Shown here: positions 28,143 through 37,102 of the stretch, in pieces
Layout: each line of letters starts with the position of its first letter
Numbering within the stretch: position 1 is the first letter of the stretch
DNA from: Candidatus Enterocola sp.
GTDB lineage: Bacteria; Bacteroidota; Bacteroidia; Bacteroidales; Paludibacteraceae
Length of the DNA stretch: 64,000 nucleotides
Assembly: GCA_045612225.1 (NCBI GenBank)
Contig: JAZKYP010000015.1
Span: forward strand, 34,125-98,124
Reading direction: 5' to 3'
Made by a program: the position numbers and the translations under genes
Notes under the pieces: model-generated
The model's database searches: none
Seen by the model: the letters and a program-made list of their open reading frames with translations, nothing else
Told to the model about the DNA's origin: nothing

Positions 28143-31010
28143 ATGAAAAGAATTTTATTTTTATTATCAGCGTTATTATCATCTTATTTACTATTTGCAG
28201 AGCAAGTTAGTATTGATGGTATTGTCTATGATTTAGATGAAGTTAATAAAACTGCAGAAGTTTATGAAATAAACGAGTATAATCCTGCAGGTATTGAAAT
28301 AAATGAAAAAGTAATATATAATTCCATTGAATATATAGTTAATTCTTTACATCAATATGCATTTAGTTGGTGTAATGTCACTTATATTTCTCTTCCAAAT
28401 ACTATTACTACAATTAATGACAAACAATTTTATGAACTAGAAAAACTAGAGAATATTGATTTAGGTAATAATATAACATATATTGGTGAAAGTGCTTTTG
28501 CTTATTGTAAATCTTTGAAATCAATTAATCTACCAGAGAGTGTTATAGAGATTGGTTATGGTGCTTTTACAAATTGTACTAGTCTAACTTCCTTGGAAAT
28601 ACCTAATAAAGTTACTGATATAGGGTCTATTATATTTGAGGGATGTACAGCTTTGAAATCTATAAAGATTGGTGATTCTGTAACTAGTTTACCGGAAGAT
28701 TTTTCTTCTCTAACTAGTTTAGAGGAATTTATTGTATCTCCTGAAAATAAAATGTATAGTTCAGAGAATGGAATACTTTTCAGTAAAGATAAAACAGTTT
28801 TACTTAATTGTCCTCTAGGTATAGATTGTTCTTCATATCAAATTCCACTTAATGTTGAAACTATATATTATAATGCATTTAAAAACCATGCAGAGATAAC
28901 CTCAATAGTTTTTCATGATAATATTAAAATAATTTCCTATGCTGCATTTGATAATTGTATTGGATTAGAAAAAGTAGAAATACCTAGAAATGTAAGAATA
29001 TTAGAGAATACTGCGTTTGAAGGTTGTATAAATTTAAAGAATATTAATGTAGATTCTGAAAATAAATACTATAGTTCTGAAAATGGTGTTTTGTTTAATA
29101 AGACTAAAACAACTTTATTGAGATATCCTTTAGGAAAACTAGAGGAGTCATATATATTACCAAATATAACTGATACAATCGCAAATAATGCTTTTATTAA
29201 TTGTTCTAATTTGATAAAACTTACTCTTCATGATAATGTTAATTGTATAAGTTCAGGAACATTTTATGGAACAAAAGTATATGAGGATGAGTCAAATTGG
29301 GATAACGGTGTCTTTTATATAGGTAATTATTTAATTGAAGCTGATAGAAATAAACTTCAAGGAGACTATGTTGTAAGAGAAGGAACAAGGTATATTGCAA
29401 TTTCAGCATTTCATTGGTGTGGAAAACTTACCTCTATAGAATTTCCTAATAGTCTAGAAATAATAGATAGTAATGCGTTTCGCTGGTGTTCACAATTGAG
29501 AACTATAAATATAGGAGACAATGTTTCTGTAATTAAACCTAATTCGTTTTATTCTTATTCTAGAATCTCTGAATATAATGTTTCATTAGCAAATAAATAT
29601 TTTTCTTCAGAAGATGGCGTGTTATTTAATAAGGATAAGACTGAATTGTTAGCATATCCACCTCTCAAGGAAGATACTTCGTATACTATACCAAATTCTG
29701 TAAAAAGAATTGGTCATAATGCTTTTAGTGAATGCGAAAAATTAATTAATATAACTATACCAGAAGGTGTTGTTGAAATAGGCTCCGCTGCATTTTATTA
29801 TTGTACTGGTTTAACTTCTATAAAAATCCCTAATAGTCTAACATATTTAGGCTCTTCTGCATTTTTTAATTGCACAAGTTTAGAATCAATTTCTTTAGGA
29901 AGTAATATTGATTGTATAGAAACTGACCCATTCACGAATACAAAATATTTTAGTGAAGAATCAAATTGGGAGGATGGTGTTCTATATATAAAAGAGTACT
30001 TAATAAGTACAAATCCAGAAAAGATAAACTCTAGTTGTAAAATAAAAGATGGTACAAAACTAATTACAGATTATGCTTTTTATAATTGTAAAAATTTGAT
30101 TGATGTGGATATTCCTAGTAGTGTTAATGTAATAGGAGCACATGCATTTATATACTGTGTTAATTTGAATCAAGTAAATATACCAGAAGGTGTAACTGAA
30201 TTAAAAGCTGGTACATTTTATGAATGTACTAATTTGAAATCTGTTACTTTTCCATGTAGCACAGATAAATTAAATTATGATGTCTTTTATAATTGTGAAA
30301 ATTTAAATGAAATATTTATTTATTCATTAGAGGTTCCTGAAGTTTATCCGTATACTTTTACTGACGATTGGAAGTATAATAAATATACATTCTTATATGA
30401 TAGGGTAGATTTATATGTGCCATGTGAATCATTGGAAGATTATAAATCTCATGAGATATTTGGACAATTTAAAAATATCAAATGTATCGGTGCTGAACAA
30501 ACAGAATTGGAAGAGGATGATGTTAAAATTGATGTTGATGAAAATTCTGTTCAAATATCATGGCCAAAAGTAGAAGGAGCAGAAAGTTATACTATTACCA
30601 TTACAAAGGGAGATAATACAGTTTATGTTATTGAATTTGATGCAAATGGGCAGATAATAAGTTTTAATGAAATTTCTAATAGGTCTGCTCTAATTGGTTT
30701 TACATATAGTATTCATAATTTAAAATCAGGAACAGACTATTCTTATAAAGTAATCGCAAATGATAATGATGGCAATCAGTTGGAAGTATTTACCGGAGAT
30801 TTTACAACTTTAGGAGAACTTGTGTCTATTGAAGAAACTTTAGAAGATATTGATATTACTATTTCTGAAGGTACAATTATGTGTTCTGTGGAAGGCTTTG
30901 TTATTTATAATACTGTAGGACAAGATGTTACTGCATTAAATGGTAGTTTGAAATCTGGTATTTATGTAGTTGTGGTAGACAAAGAATGTTTTAAAGCAAT
31001 TGTAAAATAA
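28143..31010 (+). CDS. BspA-type leucine-rich-repeat cell-surface protein with an Fn3-like domain and a T9SS C-terminal sorting domain
   Basis: The start is moved to the ATG at 28143 (MKRILFLLSALLSSYLLFA signal peptide). There are many roughly 23-aa LRR units (I.IP.SVT.IG..AF..C..L) and recurring modules NK(Y/M)(Y/F)SSE(N/D)G(V/I)LF(N/S)K(D/T)KT.LL and ESNW(D/E)(N/D)GV(F/L)YI. An Fn3-like stretch reads SVQISWPKVEGAESYTITI. The C-terminus ...YNTVGQDVTALNGSLKSGIYVVVVDKECFKAIVK is typical of Por secretion tails. Confidence 0.8.
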   Translation: MKRILFLLSALLSSYLLFAEQVSIDGIVYDLDEVNKTAEVYEINEYNPAGIEINEKVIYNSIEYIVNSLHQYAFSWCNVTYISLPNTITTINDKQFYELEKLENIDLGNNITYIGESAFAYCKSLKSINLPESVIEIGYGAFTNCTSLTSLEIPNKVTDIGSIIFEGCTALKSIKIGDSVTSLPEDFSSLTSLEEFIVSPENKMYSSENGILFSKDKTVLLNCPLGIDCSSYQIPLNVETIYYNAFKNHAEITSIVFHDNIKIISYAAFDNCIGLEKVEIPRNVRILENTAFEGCINLKNINVDSENKYYSSENGVLFNKTKTTLLRYPLGKLEESYILPNITDTIANNAFINCSNLIKLTLHDNVNCISSGTFYGTKVYEDESNWDNGVFYIGNYLIEADRNKLQGDYVVREGTRYIAISAFHWCGKLTSIEFPNSLEIIDSNAFRWCSQLRTINIGDNVSVIKPNSFYSYSRISEYNVSLANKYFSSEDGVLFNKDKTELLAYPPLKEDTSYTIPNSVKRIGHNAFSECEKLINITIPEGVVEIGSAAFYYCTGLTSIKIPNSLTYLGSSAFFNCTSLESISLGSNIDCIETDPFTNTKYFSEESNWEDGVLYIKEYLISTNPEKINSSCKIKDGTKLITDYAFYNCKNLIDVDIPSSVNVIGAHAFIYCVNLNQVNIPEGVTELKAGTFYECTNLKSVTFPCSTDKLNYDVFYNCENLNEIFIYSLEVPEVYPYTFTDDWKYNKYTFLYDRVDLYVPCESLEDYKSHEIFGQFKNIKCIGAEQTELEEDDVKIDVDENSVQISWPKVEGAESYTITITKGDNTVYVIEFDANGQIISFNEISNRSALIGFTYSIHNLKSGTDYSYKVIANDNDGNQLEVFTGDFTTLGELVSIEETLEDIDITISEGTIMCSVEGFVIYNTVGQDVTALNGSLKSGIYVVVVDKECFKAIVK

Positions 31011-31013
31011 TTA

Positions 31014-33191
31014 ATGCTTAGCTACGCCAATATTATATTGCCTTTAAATGTGGGAGTTTATACGTATTCTATTCCACAAGAGATGCAGGGAAGGGTTTCT
31101 GCAGGGATGCGTGTGCTTGTGCCGCTGGGTAAAAATAGGAAATATATTGGTGTGGTGCATTCTCTTTCAGAAACTGCGGCAGAGGGTATAAACTATCGAG
31201 ATATTCTTGAGGTGCTTGATACAGAGCCAATAGTATCTGCTTATCAACTGGAAATGTGGGATTGGGTGGCAGAATATTACTGCTGCGGACTTTCTGATGT
31301 GATGAAAAATGCATTGCCATCGGCACTTTCAAAAAACACTTTTACAGAGCTAAAGGATGCGTATGTAATTAAAACGGAAGTTGAGCATAAAAGACTTACC
31401 AAACAGGCGCTTTCTCTTATTGCAAAATACGATTCGTTGGCTTTAAATGGTGATGTGCTAAAGTCTAAACTACTTGAAAATGAGAGTTTTAGTGCGTTTA
31501 ATACTTTGGTAAAACACGGAGTTTTTGTTCTTGATTTTAAGACAAAAAGTAGAATTAAGCAGTCTGTATCAACCAAAGAAGTGAGTGAACTCTCTGATGC
31601 TCAAAAGGTTGCATTTGATGATATTAAATCTGGTTTTGCAGAAGGTAAACCAGTGCTTCTACATGGTGTAACTTCTTCTGGTAAAACAGAAATCTATATA
31701 AAACTAATACAAGAAGTAGTAGAAAAGGGTGGGCAGGTGCTATATTTGGTGCCAGAGATTGCTTTAACAACCCAACTTACAGATAGATTGAAGCAAGTGT
31801 TTGGTGATACACTCATAAACTATCACTCAAAACTATCTGATGCAGAGCGTGGTGAGATATACAATGAGGTAGGAAGTAGATTCAAGGTGGTACTGGGTGT
31901 GCGTTCTGCTGTGTTTTTGCCTTTTACAAATCTGCAACTTATAATTGTGGACGAAGAGCACGAGCCTTCGTACAAGCAAACCGATACTGCACCTCGCTAC
32001 AATGCTAAAAATGTGGCACTTATGCTTGCACATAAGCTAAAAATTGACATCGTAATGGGTTCTGCCACTCCTTCTGTGGAGTCTTATCATTTGGCTGTGA
32101 ACAACAGATACAAACTTGTGGAGCTAAAAGTGAGATATGGTGATGTGCAGTTGCCAGAGGTGGTGGTTTTGGACAGACAAGATGCGTTTGTGAAAAATAG
32201 GATGAAAGCGATGTTTTCTTGGCTACTTATTGAGAAAATGAATGAGTGCCTAGCCAATGGAGAACAGGTAATTCTTTTTCAAAACAGACGTGGATTTTCC
32301 TCTTTTGTGGAATGTAAACAATGTGCTTGGGTGCCAAAATGCCCTCATTGCGATGTGAGTCTTACTTACCATAAATTTCAAAACTATCTTTCTTGTCATT
32401 ATTGTGGTCATAGAGCTCCTGTGCCTACGTCTTGCCCAAAATGTGGACATCATGAGATAAAAGACAAGGGTTTTGGCACAGAAAAAGTGATGGAAGAACT
32501 TGCAGAGAGGTTCCCAGACTATAAAGCAGGTCGTTTAGATCTTGATGTAGCAACAAGCAAACATGCCTACGAAAAAATATTTAATGCTTTTTCTTCTGGC
32601 GAAATAAAAATACTTGTGGGTACACAAATGGTGGCAAAGGGCTTAGACTTTGACAATGTGGGCCTTGTTGGTGTGCTCAATGCAGATAATATGCTAAACT
32701 ATCCAGATTTTAGGTCCGATGAACGTGCCTTTCAACTTCTGCTTCAAGTGGCAGGTAGGGCAGGTAGAAGAAATAAAAGAGGTCTGGTATTGGTGCAAAC
32801 TGCTCAAACAGAGCATGCTGTGATACCTGCAGTTATAAACAATAATTATTCTTATTTTTACAATAAGCAAGTAATGCTTCGCCAAATGTTTAGTTATCCG
32901 CCTTTTGTGAGGATAATTGATATTTATGTGAAAGCAAATGATTATACACTTTGTAGTAGGGCAGTGAGTGCTTTGCATAAGAAGTTGGAAAGGAGTTTTG
33001 GCGACCAACTTTTAGGTCCAGACAAACCACCGGTTTCAAAAGTGCAACAGATGCATATTCAGAAACTTATGCTAAAACTTCCTATTGGACAGTCTATGGT
33101 GGAGTCTAAAAAACGAATAAATGATGCAATTAATAATCTAAAAAAAGAATATCCTACAGTTTCAACTGTAATAGATGTAGATCCTGTGTAA
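31014..33191 (+). CDS. priA: Primosomal protein N' (replication restart helicase PriA)
   Basis: 725 aa with Walker A GVTSSGKTE, DEEH box VDEEHE, and a Cys-rich zinc insertion (CKQC...CPHC...CHYC...CPKC). Confidence 0.92.
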   Translation: MLSYANIILPLNVGVYTYSIPQEMQGRVSAGMRVLVPLGKNRKYIGVVHSLSETAAEGINYRDILEVLDTEPIVSAYQLEMWDWVAEYYCCGLSDVMKNALPSALSKNTFTELKDAYVIKTEVEHKRLTKQALSLIAKYDSLALNGDVLKSKLLENESFSAFNTLVKHGVFVLDFKTKSRIKQSVSTKEVSELSDAQKVAFDDIKSGFAEGKPVLLHGVTSSGKTEIYIKLIQEVVEKGGQVLYLVPEIALTTQLTDRLKQVFGDTLINYHSKLSDAERGEIYNEVGSRFKVVLGVRSAVFLPFTNLQLIIVDEEHEPSYKQTDTAPRYNAKNVALMLAHKLKIDIVMGSATPSVESYHLAVNNRYKLVELKVRYGDVQLPEVVVLDRQDAFVKNRMKAMFSWLLIEKMNECLANGEQVILFQNRRGFSSFVECKQCAWVPKCPHCDVSLTYHKFQNYLSCHYCGHRAPVPTSCPKCGHHEIKDKGFGTEKVMEELAERFPDYKAGRLDLDVATSKHAYEKIFNAFSSGEIKILVGTQMVAKGLDFDNVGLVGVLNADNMLNYPDFRSDERAFQLLLQVAGRAGRRNKRGLVLVQTAQTEHAVIPAVINNNYSYFYNKQVMLRQMFSYPPFVRIIDIYVKANDYTLCSRAVSALHKKLERSFGDQLLGPDKPPVSKVQQMHIQKLMLKLPIGQSMVESKKRINDAINNLKKEYPTVSTVIDVDPV

Positions 33192-33194
33192 TAG

Positions 33195-33923
33195 ATGAGA
33201 TATAAAATTTTGATATTGTTTACCTTACTTGCATTTTCTCTTAGTGCAGAAAATGTGGGTACAATCATATATAAATGCTATGTAGATAAAGATATGTCTG
33301 CGTGGCGCAATGTAATTGATAATCTTCAGAGACAGAAGGAGTTAGGTGTTTTATCTGTGGAAGAAACTTGGAAACTGCTTGATTATCAATATGGATATTT
33401 AGGTTGGGCAGTGAGTGAGAAAAAGACAATGAAGCGCGAAGCTGAGTCTTATTTATCTGTAGCACAAGAAAATTTGGATGAATTAACTGATAAATTTGGT
33501 AAGACTTCAGAATCAAATGCTTTTAACGCTGCTTTTGTGGCATACGAAATTTCTTTAAACCCAATTAAAGCGCCTTTCATTGGATTAAAATGTATGAAAT
33601 TTGCTGAAACAGCCGTGAAACAAGATTCTACAAGTTATTTTGCTCTTATTCAATACGGAAATATTATGAATTATATGCCTGAAGCTTTTGGTGGCTCAAA
33701 GGATAAAGCATTACTATATTATAAAAAAGCGAAGGAAGTAATGAGAGGGGATGACTCGCTTTATAAAGAAAACTGGCTTTATATGAACTTGATACTAACA
33801 ATTGCAGATATTTATAAAAACAAAAAAGATTACGAATCTACAAAACAATACTACCTAGAGGCACTAGAACTAGAGCCTGGGTATAAGTTTGTAGAAGAAT
33901 TGATGGAGAACTTAATTCCCTAA
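33195..33923 (+). CDS. Secreted hypothetical protein with a C-terminal TPR-like motif
   Basis: 242 aa with a signal peptide (LLAFSLSAEN). YESTKQYYLEALELEPGY resembles a TPR unit. Confidence 0.6.
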   Translation: MRYKILILFTLLAFSLSAENVGTIIYKCYVDKDMSAWRNVIDNLQRQKELGVLSVEETWKLLDYQYGYLGWAVSEKKTMKREAESYLSVAQENLDELTDKFGKTSESNAFNAAFVAYEISLNPIKAPFIGLKCMKFAETAVKQDSTSYFALIQYGNIMNYMPEAFGGSKDKALLYYKKAKEVMRGDDSLYKENWLYMNLILTIADIYKNKKDYESTKQYYLEALELEPGYKFVEELMENLIP

Positions 33924-33973
33924 CTTTTTAGAAAAAATATTCTGTTTCCTATTGCAGAATAAAAAAAAAGTAT

Positions 33974-33981
33974 TACCTTTG
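33974..33981 (+). promoter_or_regulatory. Putative -7 promoter box for tRNA-His
   Basis: TACCTTTG, about 25 nt upstream of the tRNA 5' end. Confidence 0.5.
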
Positions 33982-34005
33982 TGCCGTCAATTAAAATTGA
34001 CCGAT

Positions 34006-34079
34006 GGTGATTGTAGCTCAGTTGGCAGAGCATCGGATTGTGGTTCCGAGTGTCGCGGGTTCGAGCCCCGTCTTTCACC
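34006..34079 (+). tRNA. tRNA-His (anticodon GUG) with encoded G-1
   Basis: Hand-folded cloverleaf: G-1, acceptor GTGATTG / CTTTCAC, D arm GCTC-AGTTGGCA-GAGC, anticodon arm TCGGA-TTGTGGT-TCCGA, T arm GCGGG-TTCGAGC-CCCGT, discriminator C73. The acceptor stem has two adjacent T-T mismatches at 5:68 and 6:67 (see findings). Confidence 0.8.
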
Positions 34080-34081
34080 CT

Positions 34082-34120
34082 AAAGAGACTGATAAATTAA
34101 ATTTGTCAGTCTCTTTTTTT
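34082..34120 (+). terminator. Rho-independent terminator after tRNA-His
   Basis: Stem AAAGAGACTGA / TCAGTCTCTTT followed by a run of T. Confidence 0.85.
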
Positions 34121-34175
34121 GCATTATGTGAATAAAAAAATGCTCTTTAAATTATATTTTTTTGATAAAAAATCT

Positions 34176-34183
34176 TAATTTTG
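34176..34183 (+). promoter_or_regulatory. Putative -7 promoter box for the purF-like gene
   Basis: TAATTTTG, about 33 nt upstream of the ATG at 34217. Confidence 0.45.
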
Positions 34184-34216
34184 TACCTCTAAAGCAAAGA
34201 AATAATTTTTAATTAT

Positions 34217-35626
34217 ATGGGCGGTTTTTTTGGAACTATTAGTAAGAGTAATTGCGTAGCAGATTTGTTCTACGGTACAGACTACAACTCACATTTAGGC
34301 ACTCGTAGAGCAGGTATGGCAACATACTCTAAAGAAAAAGGAATGGTTCGCTCCATTCACAATATTGAAGGTTCTTATTTTAGATCTAAATTTGAAGATG
34401 GACTTCACAAATTTGATGGTGCAACATCTGGTATAGGTGTAATTAGTGATACCGATGCACAACCTATCATTATCCACTCACACTTAGGCAAAATGGCCAT
34501 TGTAACAGTGGCTCGTTTAGACAACTTAGTGGAACTAGAAGCAGAACTACTTAAAAGAGGTCATCACTTCACAGAATTGAGTTCCGGTAAAACTAATCAA
34601 ACAGAGGTTATTGCAACCTTAATCAACGAAGGTAAGACTCTTGAAGAAGGTATTCAAAATATGTTTAACCACATTAAAGGTTCTTGTTCTTTATTGATTT
34701 TAAGAGAAGATGGAGTTTACGCAGTGCGTGACAAACTTGGTCGTTCTCCTATTATAATTGGTAAAAAGGATGGTGCTTTTGCTGTTTCTAGTGAAACAAC
34801 AGCTTTCCCAAATCTTGATTACGCTATTGACTATTATGTTGGACCTGGTGAAATTATAAAACTTACAGCTGACGGTTGGACTCAAATACGTAAGCCAAAC
34901 GACAAAATGCAAGTTTGCTCATTCTTCTGGATTTATTTCGGTTTCCCATGTAGTAGTTACGAAGGTATCAACGTAGAAGAAGTGCGCAACTCACTAGGTG
35001 AAGCATTAGGTGAAACAGATGAAATTACACCAGACTTTGTTTGCGGTATTCCAGATTCAGGTATTGGTCACGCAATAGGTTATTCTAAAGGTAAAGGAGT
35101 GCCATACAAACGTGCAATCCTTAAATATACCCCAACTTGGCCACGTAGTTTCACACCTTCAAACCAATCTATGAGAAATCTAGTTGCAAAAATGAAACTA
35201 CTTCCTAATAGAGAAATCTTAACAGACAAAAAAGTAGTGTTCTTAGATGACTCTATCGTGCGTGGTACCCAACTTAAAGGTAATGTTGACATGATGTACG
35301 ACTACGGTGCGAAAGAAATACACATGCGTATTGCTTGTCCTCCAATGATTTATTCTTGTCGTTACCTAAATTTCTCATCAACACAAAACGACCTAGAGTT
35401 AATCACTCGTTACTATATTGAGCAACTAGAAGGTGCTCACGACAAAAATCTACAAGAATATGTAGATCCAACATCAGAAAAACACAAACAAATGGTAGAG
35501 CTAATCCGTAAAAGATTTGGTCTTACTTCTCTTCGCTACAACACAGTTGATGCTCTTGTTAAGGCGATAGGACTTCCTAAGGAGAAGATTTGTACTCACT
35601 GCTTCGACGGATCTAGCTATTTCTAA
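34217..35626 (+). CDS. Amidophosphoribosyltransferase (PurF) homologue lacking the N-terminal catalytic cysteine
   Basis: 469 aa. The class-II (Ntn) amidotransferase-like N-domain begins MGGFFG rather than MCG. The PRTase domain has the PRPP loop VVFLDDSIVRGTQLK. An in-frame stop at 34190 excludes a longer N-terminus. Confidence 0.75.
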   Translation: MGGFFGTISKSNCVADLFYGTDYNSHLGTRRAGMATYSKEKGMVRSIHNIEGSYFRSKFEDGLHKFDGATSGIGVISDTDAQPIIIHSHLGKMAIVTVARLDNLVELEAELLKRGHHFTELSSGKTNQTEVIATLINEGKTLEEGIQNMFNHIKGSCSLLILREDGVYAVRDKLGRSPIIIGKKDGAFAVSSETTAFPNLDYAIDYYVGPGEIIKLTADGWTQIRKPNDKMQVCSFFWIYFGFPCSSYEGINVEEVRNSLGEALGETDEITPDFVCGIPDSGIGHAIGYSKGKGVPYKRAILKYTPTWPRSFTPSNQSMRNLVAKMKLLPNREILTDKKVVFLDDSIVRGTQLKGNVDMMYDYGAKEIHMRIACPPMIYSCRYLNFSSTQNDLELITRYYIEQLEGAHDKNLQEYVDPTSEKHKQMVELIRKRFGLTSLRYNTVDALVKAIGLPKEKICTHCFDGSSYF

Positions 35627-35749
35627 GAGTTTTTTCTAAGGGTGCTTTTGTCGTTGCCCTTGTCCTCACAATCCTCATTTACGCTTAGTAAACTCCGGTT
35701 GTTCGGACTTCGGGACGCCTAAAAATCCCTCCTTATAAATAAACTCTTA
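35624..35749. repeat. About 126-nt GC-enriched imperfect hairpin between the purF-like gene and ffh
   Basis: Outer 9-bp helix TAAGAGTTT (35624-35632, includes the TAA stop) pairs with AAACTCTTA (35741-35749). Inner helices pair 35637-35641 with 35731-35735, 35646-35649 with 35721-35724, 35657-35659 with 35712-35714, 35662-35665 with 35705-35708, and 35668-35674 with 35697-35702. The apical loop is 22 nt. Confidence 0.65.
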
Positions 35750-35784
35750 ATTGCATAATTTATAAACACCCTAATTATTAGAGA

Positions 35785-37101
35785 ATGTTTGAATCACTTA
35801 GCGAGCGCCTGGAGCGTTCATTTAAAATACTAAAAGGTGAAGGTAAAATCACCGAGATAAACGTAGCGGAAACTCTAAAAGACGTGAGAAAAGCGCTTTT
35901 AGAAGCCGACGTAAACTATAAAACTGCTAAAACTTTTACAGATGATGTAAAAGCTAAAGCACTTGGTATGAACGTATTAACCGCTGTTAAACCAAGCGAG
36001 TTAATGGTTAAGATAGTTCACGACGAACTTGCTGCTCTTATGGGTGGCACTCACACCGAATTAGAACTTAAAGGTTCACCAAGCATTATCTTGATGGCAG
36101 GTCTTCAAGGATCAGGTAAAACTACATTTACCGGTAAACTTGCCAATATGCTTAAAACTAAAAAGGGTAAAAATCCTCTTATGGTGGCTTGCGACGTGTA
36201 TCGTCCTGCTGCTATTGAGCAATTGAGAGTTTTAGGTGAGCAAATTAATGTGCCTGTTTACACAGAAATTGATAGCAAAGATGTTGTTAGCATTGCAAAA
36301 AATGCTATTGCACAAGCTAAGAAAAATGGCAACGACGTGGTAATCGTCGATACTGCTGGTCGTCTTGCTGTGGACGAAGAAATGATGAACGAGATTTCTG
36401 CTGTGAAAGAAGCTATCAATCCAAACGAAATCTTATTCGTTGTGGACTCAATGACAGGTCAAGATGCTGTAAACACTGCAAAAGAATTCAACGACAGACT
36501 AGACTTCACAGGTGTTATCCTTACCAAACTTGATGGTGATACACGTGGTGGTGCGGCTCTTTCTATTCGTTCTGTGGTAAATAAACCAATCAAATTTGTA
36601 GGTATTGGTGAGAAAATGGAAGCTATTGATGCATTCCACCCAGCACGTATGGCTGACCGTATCTTGGGTATGGGTGACATTGTTTCTTTCGTGGAACGTG
36701 CTCAAGAACAATACGACGAAGCCGAAGCTCGCAAATTGTCAAAGAAAATCGCTAAAAATCAATTTGGTTTCGACGACTTCCTTAATCAAATCCAACAAAT
36801 CAAGAAAATGGGTAATATGAAAGACCTTCTTGGTATGATTCCTGGAGTAGGTAAAGCCCTTAAGGATGTGGATATTAAGGATGATGCATTCAAACATATT
36901 GAGGCTATTATTCAGTCTATGACCCCAGAAGAACGTACAAATCCACAAATTCTTAATGCATCTCGTAAACAACGTATTGCAAATGGTAGTGGTAGAAACA
37001 TTCAAGAGGTGAATAGACTTATCAAACAATTTGACGATATGCGCAAAATGATGCGTATGGTTCAAAACAATGGTGGTAAACTTCCTAAATTTAGAAGATA
37101 A
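35785..37101 (+). CDS. ffh: Signal recognition particle protein Ffh
   Basis: 438 aa with SRP54 GTPase motifs [14 protein letters not shown] and TKLDGD, and a Met-rich C-terminal M domain. Confidence 0.95.
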   Translation: MFESLSERLERSFKILKGEGKITEINVAETLKDVRKALLEADVNYKTAKTFTDDVKAKALGMNVLTAVKPSELMVKIVHDELAALMGGTHTELELKGSPSIILMAGLQGSGKTTFTGKLANMLKTKKGKNPLMVACDVYRPAAIEQLRVLGEQINVPVYTEIDSKDVVSIAKNAIAQAKKNGNDVVIVDTAGRLAVDEEMMNEISAVKEAINPNEILFVVDSMTGQDAVNTAKEFNDRLDFTGVILTKLDGDTRGGAALSIRSVVNKPIKFVGIGEKMEAIDAFHPARMADRILGMGDIVSFVERAQEQYDEAEARKLSKKIAKNQFGFDDFLNQIQQIKKMGNMKDLLGMIPGVGKALKDVDIKDDAFKHIEAIIQSMTPEERTNPQILNASRKQRIANGSGRNIQEVNRLIKQFDDMRKMMRMVQNNGGKLPKFRR

Positions 37102-37102
37102 T

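Noticed and set aside
33937-33969. Hairpin TATTCTG...CAGAATA after the 33195-33923 gene, considered as a terminator.
   Set aside because: The stem is only 7 bp with a 10-nt loop. On the plus strand it is followed by an A-run rather than a T-run, and no minus-strand gene would use it. The support is too weak to call.
35624-35749. Considered that the long hairpin next to ffh is the SRP (4.5S) RNA gene.
   Set aside because: It lacks the conserved domain IV features (GNRA tetraloop, GGAAGCAGCC-type symmetric and asymmetric loops). The apex is a 22-nt loop rather than a tetraloop.
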